Source: a virus. Taken from it: 64,000 nucleotides of DNA. Every line of letters starts with the position of its first letter. Position 1 is the stretch's first letter. Shown one piece after another: positions 57,394-64,000 of this stretch. The notes under the pieces were generated by a model that saw nothing but the letters and a program-made list of their open reading frames with translations, was not told the origin of the DNA and ran no database searches. A program made the translations under genes and the position numbers. Location: positions 14,539-78,538 of IMG/VR virus record IMGVR_UViG_3300027985_001833; one strand, given 5' to 3'.

Positions 57394-57422
57394 TTATCCT
57401 CTTTTTCAATGCTTCAAACAAT

Positions 57423-57671
57423 TCACTCGGTTTTTTCATTCTCAACCCCTGGTTCTTCTTTTTCATATATCAGCTTATATTCAAGCTGAGGTGGAAATAT
57501 AGAAACTGGTTCATTGTTATCAATATCTAATAACTTATAATCTTTCCCTTGATAAGTCACAACGGAATTATTCCAACTGTAATCAATTTGGATCCCTAGC
57601 TCATCTGCATACGCCAACAATTTATCCAATTTTTGAATCAAAGGATGGTTGTTTTTTAATATCATTCTCAT
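57423..57671 (-). CDS. hypothetical protein
   Basis: AGGTG RBS; co-oriented. Confidence 0.5.
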   Translation of the reverse strand: MRMILKNNHPLIQKLDKLLAYADELGIQIDYSWNNSVVTYQGKDYKLLDIDNNEPVSIFPPQLEYKLIYEKEEPGVENEKTE

Positions 57672-57808
57672 TTTATCACCTTTTTAAATTCGCCAAACTA
57701 AATTTTTCGACATTTGCCATCATACGCATAAAATACAAACGAGAAACATGTCCTGCCTCCTTTAATAAATGATCAACTTCGTCCATCCCCGTTATCCTCT
57801 TATTTAAT

Positions 57809-57862
57809 AATATAACCTACAATTGGAACAAAGTAAAGAGATAATTACAACTTTTTTTGTTA
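57809..57862 (-). promoter_or_regulatory. repeated early promoter plus operator, copy 3 (core inverted)
   Basis: TTTACT-17bp-TATATT; TTACAA-CTTTTT-TTGTTA at 57845-57862. Confidence 0.8.
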
Positions 57863-57959
57863 TTTTTTTCATCTCGCTACCCTTATGGAACCCTATTGGC
57901 AACGATCTTAAGCGCATCCATATGCGGCCACTGTTTCATAGTGCACCAATTGTAAATTA

Positions 57960-58196
57960 TCAACCATCGTTGGGCAAATCAATTTGTTGGCACGCAGCTT
58001 CATCGTATTCATTATCTATCATATTCATACACTGAAATACCAACGCAAGAATCGTCGCGATCACCAATACCAATTGAGTAGCGGCGGCAAGACAAGAATC
58101 AGCTTGGCACAGCACCGTTATCCAGCATACCAACGCAATACCCAATACGATCAATACATAAATTTCCATCCCAATCACCCCTTTCTTTCTGAACAC
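57960..58196 (-). CDS. small two-TM membrane protein
   Basis: two hydrophobic helices. Confidence 0.5.
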   Translation of the reverse strand: MFRKKGVIGMEIYVLIVLGIALVCWITVLCQADSCLAAATQLVLVIATILALVFQCMNMIDNEYDEAACQQIDLPNDG

Positions 58197-58239
58197 CTAC
58201 CATCGATCGACTAGCGCTTATGAATCAACGCAAAAGGCA

Positions 58240-58440
58240 TCATCCTAGCACACGAATGTGACTCAGTTGAGTAGTTTTAGCGCAACGTTTTCGCTGTTTA
58301 GCAATATAAGATAAAACAGACTGAGACAAATCATTTTGCTGTTTGCTTAAACCAGCCTCCCAAATTTGACGTTTTTGTTCATCCACTTTTTCGTATTTTT
58401 CCAATTTTTCCAAACATCTAATTTGAAGATGTGTTTCCAT
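58240..58440 (-). CDS. hypothetical protein
   Basis: probable start METHLQ at 58440 overlapping the end of the DHH gene. Confidence 0.35.
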   Translation of the reverse strand: METHLQIRCLEKLEKYEKVDEQKRQIWEAGLSKQQNDLSQSVLSYIAKQRKRCAKTTQLSHIRVLG

Positions 58441-59290
58441 TTTTATTTTTCCATACAAATGGCAATTTGCCGCATTGAAACCCAGCCACCTGTTTGTGGC
58501 CACCGCCCCCAAATATTTTAGCCGTTTCAGATACATCTATCCCATCTTTAGTAGTGTACAGCGAAATGGTCCACAAACCATTTCTGAACCCAAACGCGAT
58601 CATCACATCGTACTTTGTTTCATCCCAAACACTTTCAAACATCTTAGTACTGGCCAACATCCTGTTTATCGCAATGCCTTTTAAACCAGCTATTGATGTT
58701 TCAAAGGCGCAGAATTTTGCATATTTTTTATTGTCCTGATCTACATATTTTAAAATAGTTTCTCCCTCGTTCAAAATGTTATGCGGGAAAGAATAAAACA
58801 TTTTGTCCCAGTTAAAATTACCACTGGGATCTGTATCGTAAAGACGCATGCCATATTGAAAAGGGAGTGTCTTGGCATCCTTGTGATCCCATACATCATA
58901 CCTGCCCAACAAATACACTGACTCAGGGATAGTTTTATCCTCAAAAAAATATTCCCATGCCAATTCGCAAGCGGCCTTTTCTGTGTTTCTAACGCCTTTT
59001 ATTACATTTTTGAATTTGTCATGCTCTTTAATTGCTGAAATATGGTGATCTATCCAGACAAATGAATCAACAATGGTATTAAGCTTGATCATGTCATCAA
59101 ATGGCTGCAGTGAAAAATCAAGCATTATTACGTGCTCACCTGATGACACGAGATGCCACGGGAATTTATCTCCATAGTTGATCCCGTACATTGTGATTCT
59201 GCCTTCAAAAGAAACAATTTTAGCATATTTTTTAGCCACCGCGCCCGAACAATGACCGTCAAGATCAGCGCTATGATAAAAAATAATCAT
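58418..59290 (-). CDS. DHH/DHHA1 phosphoesterase
   Basis: YHSADLDG, LDF, IDHH, RYD.W, GGGGH..AGF. Confidence 0.92.
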   Translation of the reverse strand: MIIFYHSADLDGHCSGAVAKKYAKIVSFEGRITMYGINYGDKFPWHLVSSGEHVIMLDFSLQPFDDMIKLNTIVDSFVWIDHHISAIKEHDKFKNVIKGVRNTEKAACELAWEYFFEDKTIPESVYLLGRYDVWDHKDAKTLPFQYGMRLYDTDPSGNFNWDKMFYSFPHNILNEGETILKYVDQDNKKYAKFCAFETSIAGLKGIAINRMLASTKMFESVWDETKYDVMIAFGFRNGLWTISLYTTKDGIDVSETAKIFGGGGHKQVAGFQCGKLPFVWKNKNGNTSSN

Positions 59291-59311
59291 TTTTATTTCT
59301 CCTCTTGTTCC

Positions 59312-59494
59312 CTATTCATAATCAATAAACACTGTGACACATGACACAAACGGCACCACTATACCTATTCCTTTTAAAATCTCTTGCCTATAAGGCTCTC
59401 TGAAATCTGATGCTATAAACTGTACTAAGTTGATAAACCAGCATATAATAATTAATATCGTAATAATTCCTGTTTTTGTAGTTTTCATTCTCAT
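59312..59494 (-). CDS. small membrane protein
   Basis: W..N..QF...DF..PY..E+++GIG; two TM segments. Confidence 0.6.
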   Translation of the reverse strand: MRMKTTKTGIITILIIICWFINLVQFIASDFREPYRQEILKGIGIVVPFVSCVTVFIDYE

Positions 59495-59498
59495 TTTA

Positions 59499-59735
59499 TT
59501 ACCTTTTTGAATTTATCTCCATAATTGATCCCGTACATTGTGATTTCATTTTCAGAACAAACAATTTTAGCATATTTTTCTCTTTTAACACCTCAAGAAT
59601 CTTTTTAAATGATTTTTTTGCCTTTTCTATATCAATTTCGCTTTTTATAAGTTCTTCTTCAACTTCAACCTCCGTGCCGTCATCAATATCGTCTAAATCA
59701 GACAACATGCATTCAATAAATGTTTTTTCTTTCAT
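59499..59735 (-). CDS. hypothetical protein; 3' end built from an out-of-frame DHH-gene duplicate
   Basis: acidic N-terminus; 59509-59579 matches 59162-59232. Confidence 0.45.
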   Translation of the reverse strand: MKEKTFIECMLSDLDDIDDGTEVEVEEELIKSEIDIEKAKKSFKKILEVLKEKNMLKLFVLKMKSQCTGSIMEINSKR

Positions 59736-60133
59736 TCTTCAACCTCATTCTGCACATTGGACAATTTCAACAAACCCATATTCTTTAGATATTTTCCCCT
59801 TGGCCATCCCTATTCTTATTAGACAGCAAGCCTCATTGCACTGAAAATAGTATTCGCCTGTCATGATTTTGCCGTTTGATTTCGATCAAATCCCCTTTGC
59901 GATACGACGTTGAAATTGTAGCGCATCAGCAATTCCTCATTCCCAACGGAACGCAACGTTCAAGAAATTGCTTTCAAAGTTCAAACGCTTCACCGCTTTT
60001 GATAAGTTCCACCATCTTCTCCACAACGCTTTTCGATATGACTCTGATTATCGTTGCCATTCCACTCTCCTATTTTTGCTGCCCACTTCATTCTCTTTTT
60101 ATTTAAGCCTAATCCAATCGCTTATGAACTAAT

Positions 60134-60706
60134 TTATTCTCCTTTCAAGATGGCGACGATTTTGAGCATTTGCTCTGGTGTCACGTTAGCTGTAACTTGG
60201 ACACGAGCTGGAACCGGCGAAATCCTTACGGTGTATTCCGGCGTGACTGCGTAACCTCCGAATTGATCTTTCAATCCCAATTCATCACACATTGCCACAA
60301 ATACGCTTTCCGCGTCGAATTTCTTTTGTCTGCTTTCTTCATCGTGCTTTTTCTGTGCTGCGGCGAAGTGAATCGCACTTTCAATACGCTTAATCGTCTT
60401 GGGATTTGCGAATCCAACCTTTGGCTCTGGGTAATTTTTGCGCCCGTGGCCGTTGTATGTGGTATCGACCATGCTCATTCTGAGCTTTCCGGTATAACCG
60501 GAATGGAACGCATTGCCGCCCTTGTGCTCAACCGAAAAACGCAGACCGATATACACGCCGTCCACCTTCGTGATTCCTGCCACACCCGCTGTCCCGTCTT
60601 GTTCAACCGCGCGTCCCTTTTCCTCTAACATTTTGACCAATTGGGACGTGACATCTTGCGCCTTTTTCTGTAATTCGATGACTTTGTCTTGCTTTGATTT
60701 CAACAT
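60134..60706 (-). CDS. hypothetical early protein
   Basis: AAGGAG RBS below promoter copy 4; higher GC. Confidence 0.6.
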   Translation of the reverse strand: MLKSKQDKVIELQKKAQDVTSQLVKMLEEKGRAVEQDGTAGVAGITKVDGVYIGLRFSVEHKGGNAFHSGYTGKLRMSMVDTTYNGHGRKNYPEPKVGFANPKTIKRIESAIHFAAAQKKHDEESRQKKFDAESVFVAMCDELGLKDQFGGYAVTPEYTVRISPVPARVQVTANVTPEQMLKIVAILKGE

Positions 60707-60750
60707 TTTACTCTCCTTTTCGTTTGATTACCTTGTTCCCTTCTCTTAAT

Positions 60751-60802
60751 AATTTAAGCCTTGATTGAAAGAAGTAAAGAGTAGTTACAACTTTTTTTGT
60801 AA
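60751..60802 (-). promoter_or_regulatory. repeated early promoter plus operator, copy 4 (core inverted)
   Basis: TTTACT-16bp-TAAATT; TTACAA-CTTTTT-TTGTAA at 60785-60802. Confidence 0.75.
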
Positions 60803-60815
60803 GTTTTTTATTTTT

Positions 60816-61061
60816 TTAGAGACGAAAACCGCGATATTTCCCGCCGCCCTTACGGCGTTTGGCTTTCCTTGTCTGCTGCTTGACCGCTTTAACATCTTCA
60901 ACGCAAAGGCAGCATATCCAACCAGCATCTTGTGTTTCGCTCCACCCGCCTCCACGGAAAAAATGCGCCGCCTCCTTTTGATTCAGGGCTCTGGCCCGCC
61001 ATTTATTGGTACAAATTCCACAAACCACCAAGTACTCTTTGAATATTTTTCCTTTACTCAT
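60816..61061 (-). CDS. small zinc-binding protein
   Basis: CGIC...GW.....W.CCLC. Confidence 0.55.
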   Translation of the reverse strand: MSKGKIFKEYLVVCGICTNKWRARALNQKEAAHFFRGGGWSETQDAGWICCLCVEDVKAVKQQTRKAKRRKGGGKYRGFRL

Positions 61062-61132
61062 TTAAAATCCCTGCTTCTTCAAAGCTCCAAACAATTTCAA
61101 CAAATACTTTCCATCGATATCTGCCATTTCAA

Positions 61133-61402
61133 TCACTCCTGTTGAACGGGTGGCGATTGAAAAGAGCCAGCCTTGAACCCCCTGTTCTTGATTATGAACG
61201 AAACAATGGCCTTGTGATGGTTAGTTGTGGCCGGACGAGTTGATCCCAGGGTGAATTGATTAATGTGATCGGCCTCAACCAACTCAACAAGGTCCGTTTT
61301 GAATTCCGTCTTTCTCGCATAAAGTTCTGCCTCTTGAATGATTTCGAATTCTTTTCCATCGGACGTACGGTAAACAGACACCTTTTCGATTTTCACCTTC
61401 AT
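61133..61402 (-). CDS. hypothetical protein
   Basis: Y.TSDGK.F....A..Y motif; AAGGAG RBS. Confidence 0.55.
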   Translation of the reverse strand: MKVKIEKVSVYRTSDGKEFEIIQEAELYARKTEFKTDLVELVEADHINQFTLGSTRPATTNHHKAIVSFIIKNRGFKAGSFQSPPVQQE

Positions 61403-61571
61403 CTAGGCACTCCTTTCGTTGCCCTTACGAACAGCCAACTTGTTGGTGCTTATGAATCTAATTTTTCATTGCTTCCTTAAAAATCTTCCAGTTTCAATTC
61501 CTGCTCGCCTCTTATGAATATACATTTTCGTTTCTCCTTTAAATAATTTTAGTCATTGTTGGCACGCAGCT

Positions 61572-61835
61572 TCATTGTTGCTTCGGAAGGTAATCTTTAC
61601 AATTACCTTCCATATTGATATCTTCGCACAAGGGAATGTTTTTCGCTGGGATTACCTCCCCAGTGACATAGTTTATTTGATCTTTGTGATGCGCTATGCA
61701 TCCATACTTGGTGACTGGCCCACCGGTGCGTATGTTCCCCTTCTGAACTTTTTTGCAATTAGAGCAATTAACACATATTGTCACGTTTTTCATTTTTCCA
61801 TCTCCTTTTTTTGTTTCTCTGTCCTCCATTTGCAT
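61572..61835 (-). CDS. small Cys-rich protein
   Basis: C.NC..C, N.VTG, C..IN..G.C..Y. Confidence 0.55.
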   Translation of the reverse strand: MQMEDRETKKGDGKMKNVTICVNCSNCKKVQKGNIRTGGPVTKYGCIAHHKDQINYVTGEVIPAKNIPLCEDINMEGNCKDYLPKQQ

Positions 61836-61911
61836 ACCGCGCCATATGATGCTTGAAAGTAGAAGACAACTTATTCACTTGTTAATCCCCTGCTCATTCG
61901 GTCACCACTCC

Positions 61912-62556
61912 TTACATCTCAGACACCACTATTAACCATCGCACCCGCCATTGGCCACAAGCCTCATGACATTCTTCTGGCCGAAACATCACTTTGACAT
62001 ATGGGCCCAATGAGTCACCAGCCCCGAGAGCGTCTACGTTGGGTACCACGTATATTCCTGGGTGACATTTGTCATCGCCAGTCGAAAACCACGGGGCTGT
62101 CCGTAATTCACCCACCTCGTACTCTGGTGTGCCCAAACGTGGAGAATCTTTTGTCCTATATCCGACACACCACTCTGTGTTGTTACTGTCACGTATGGTC
62201 TCAAATTCCGCTGTCTTACCATTAGGGGCTCTCATCGGATCTAGTATTGTGTCGGTTAGATCGGCCCCGGTTAAATCTGCCCAGACTAGCCTAGTATTGT
62301 CTAGTCTGGCCCCGGTTAGATCGGCCCCAGTCAGATTAGCCCTCAGCAGCCAACTCCTAGATAAATCGGCCCCAGACAAATCGGCCCCAGCTAGATGAGT
62401 CCAGGACAAATTTGCGCCACTCAAATTAATTCCCCTAAGATCAAGACTTCTAAGATCAAGATTTCTAAGATCAAGACCTTTAAAATTTCGTTCACCATTA
62501 GCGTACCTGATTTTCAGTTCTTCTCGTGTCATTTCATTCTCCTTGGTTTGGTTCAA
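61912..62556 (-). CDS. pentapeptide-repeat protein
   Basis: Y..GER.F...DL then A(D/N)LxG repeats; C-terminal CHPGIY domain. Confidence 0.9.
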   Translation of the reverse strand: MNQTKENEMTREELKIRYANGERNFKGLDLRNLDLRSLDLRGINLSGANLSWTHLAGADLSGADLSRSWLLRANLTGADLTGARLDNTRLVWADLTGADLTDTILDPMRAPNGKTAEFETIRDSNNTEWCVGYRTKDSPRLGTPEYEVGELRTAPWFSTGDDKCHPGIYVVPNVDALGAGDSLGPYVKVMFRPEECHEACGQWRVRWLIVVSEM

Positions 62557-62586
62557 AAAGGCAGTGTTACCCTGCCCGTCTTGCCC

Positions 62587-63087
62587 TCATTCGCCTTTGG
62601 CCAAATGCTTGAAGCAGGCCAAATCCAGCGCCTTGGGATCACTGATTGCCCAACTGAACCGGCCTTCTTTTTCTATCCAGGGTTGAACCTCAATTCGGTC
62701 GTGAGCGGTAACCCCGCCTGCTCGTTCGAGTTCAATATCATCGCTGATGTTCTGGTATTCGGGACCGTCCACGTCCACGTCGGGCTTGGTGGCGTTTTTG
62801 TATTTAATACACTCCTTGATATATTCTGATAATGTCAACTCTCTCACAATTGTTATCTCCGAGCATACACTCTTGTCACCGCCGTGTATTATCTCCCCAC
62901 CCATTTCTACTTCAAAAAATCTCGCCTCACAGATATTATAATATCTCGTGCAATCCATTGGGTCGCGACAAGCATGAAACCCTGATTTGCAAATTTCTAT
63001 CTCGCCCTCATATTTGTACGTTTCCCCAATTTCATATTGATGACCACGGCACATTACACTCTTATCAGTCGTCTTGTATGCTTTCAT
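62587..63087 (-). CDS. conserved phage protein (YK..D...CRG.QYE.G..Y / C..GFHAC family)
   Basis: N-terminal motif CKSGFHAC.DP.D...YY....RF.EVE, K.V...I.I+REL. Confidence 0.7.
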   Translation of the reverse strand: MKAYKTTDKSVMCRGHQYEIGETYKYEGEIEICKSGFHACRDPMDCTRYYNICEARFFEVEMGGEIIHGGDKSVCSEITIVRELTLSEYIKECIKYKNATKPDVDVDGPEYQNISDDIELERAGGVTAHDRIEVQPWIEKEGRFSWAISDPKALDLACFKHLAKGE

Positions 63088-63090
63088 CTA

Positions 63091-63348
63091 CTACTCCTTT
63101 ACTTCTCCTTTTTCTACCACTTCAAAAGCCCTAATAAAATCAGCTATATCTTTTCTATCAACTAAGAATTGGTGACCTTTATACATGACATACACATCAT
63201 CATCGCCACGGAAAAAAATTATTTCTACGTTCCCAAAATTATATGTTTCCAGTCTTTCCTTGATATCTTCCCATTTTGCCATATTTATTCCTCCTATTTT
63301 TTCGACATGACTACTCTCGTTATTTCTCCTCATAATCTTTGCAGTCAC
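63091..63348 (-). CDS. small early protein, paralog of 55064-55273
   Basis: shared YNFG...FFRG motif; below promoter copy 5; internal GGAGG RBS before MAKWED. Confidence 0.65.
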   Translation of the reverse strand: MTAKIMRRNNESSHVEKIGGINMAKWEDIKERLETYNFGNVEIIFFRGDDDVYVMYKGHQFLVDRKDIADFIRAFEVVEKGEVKE

Positions 63349-63377
63349 CTTTTTTGTTTTCTTATCTCTTATTTAAT

Positions 63378-63431
63378 AATATAACCTACGGTTAGATGAA
63401 AGTAAAGAGATAATTACAAAAAAAGTTGTAA
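63378..63431 (-). promoter_or_regulatory. repeated early promoter plus operator, copy 5
   Basis: TTTACT-17bp-TATATT; TTACAA-AAAAAG-TTGTAA at 63414-63431. Confidence 0.8.
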
Positions 63432-63646
63432 GTTTTTATTTTCAATTTCAATTCACAAACAAGATTTTTTCCACTTCTCAAAAATTTGGGTGCATTTCTT
63501 ACCAACCAGAAATTGGTACCAGATGCCCAGACGCACATAGTTTGATGCACAGTGGGGGTGTGGAGTTTCAACGCCCAACGCCCAACCCTACAAAACATCA
63601 CGGCATTCAATTCGCCCTGGAACCAACTTGCCCCGCCTCGATACGC

Positions 63647-63762
63647 CAAGCATCAAGCACCAAGCACCAACAATCGCCAATCCCAAACAACCAACCGGCC
63701 TATCGGGATAACTCAACCTTTTCAATTTCAATCATTTACAAGCACCAAGCACCAACAATCGC
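63647..63762. repeat. 24-bp direct repeat built on CAAGCAC heptamers in non-coding DNA
   Basis: CAAGCACCAAGCACCAACAATCGC at 63654-63677 and 63739-63762; extra CAAGCAT at 63647. Confidence 0.8.
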
Positions 63763-64000
63763 GTGCCCCGGAAGCTGTCAAGGTAATCAATTAAGTTTCA
63801 ATTGGGTTGTCAACTGTAGGCCATCCTGCCATCACCACTATCTCACTCTTACACTAGCCTCGCTCAAAGCCAGTTTTTTGATATTTTTGATTATCCATCG
63901 TCTCCCGACGATGATTTCCAATGTCGATCTATGATACACAGTGGGACAATTATATGCGTTGGGACTATGCACTACTGTTTTACCTGACGGCGTAGTGTGA

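Noticed and set aside
57984-58003. Sigma54 promoter (TTGGCACG-N4-TTCAT)
   Set aside because: The -12 GC is missing and the site points antisense to the local genes.
59162-59579. Near-identical repeat pair as a diversity-generating retroelement TR/VR
   Set aside because: Mismatches are not adenine-specific on either strand, the repeat is near the 5' end of the gene, and no reverse transcriptase is visible.
48807-63431. Recurrent ~55-bp repeats as a CRISPR array or integron attC sites
   Set aside because: Copies are kilobases apart and contain -35/-10 boxes; there are no cas genes or integron integrase and no attC R-box structure.
1-64000. Stop-codon reassignment, introns or inteins
   Set aside because: Core genes are intact and densely packed under the standard code; TerL, DnaB and the SF2 helicase have normal lengths with no obvious insertions.

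Overview
This AT-rich window is part of a tailed dsDNA phage (or prophage) genome with a contractile, Myoviridae-type tail. Nearly all genes are on the minus strand, so transcription runs right to left. (1) An early/accessory region (~63.4-44.2 kb) holds small ORFs punctuated by five copies of a ~55-bp sigma70-type promoter plus palindromic operator. It encodes pentapeptide-repeat, DHH phosphoesterase, Q/D-repeat, pyrimidine-dimer-glycosylase-like, trypsin-like lipoprotein, J-domain/Zn-finger, lysozyme-like, metallophosphoesterase and NDT-like proteins, plus one lone plus-strand gene. (2) A morphogenesis region (~44.2-7.3 kb) encodes TerS, TerL, portal, MuF, protease/scaffold, major capsid, a ~7-kb appendage block, neck, sheath, tube, a tail chaperone with a -1 frameshift, tape measure, baseplate, tail fibre and a glycosyltransferase. 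(3) A holin/spanin-like cassette has no adjacent endolysin. (4) A replication module encodes an SF2 helicase, an HTH protein, a DnaC-like loader, DnaB, an HNH nuclease and a primase that runs off the left edge and is missing from the ORF track. I found no CRISPR array, integrase, reverse transcriptase or canonical tRNA by eye. The best candidates for undescribed biology are a C-terminal peptide (K-I-x-K-S-x-W-x-G-V-L-F-[DN]) shared by the protease/scaffold and a small unlinked protein, which may be a capsid cargo-addressing signal; operators whose asymmetric core is flipped between promoter copies; and two intergenic multi-stem RNA-like elements. All calls come from motif recognition and gene context only; no searches were run.
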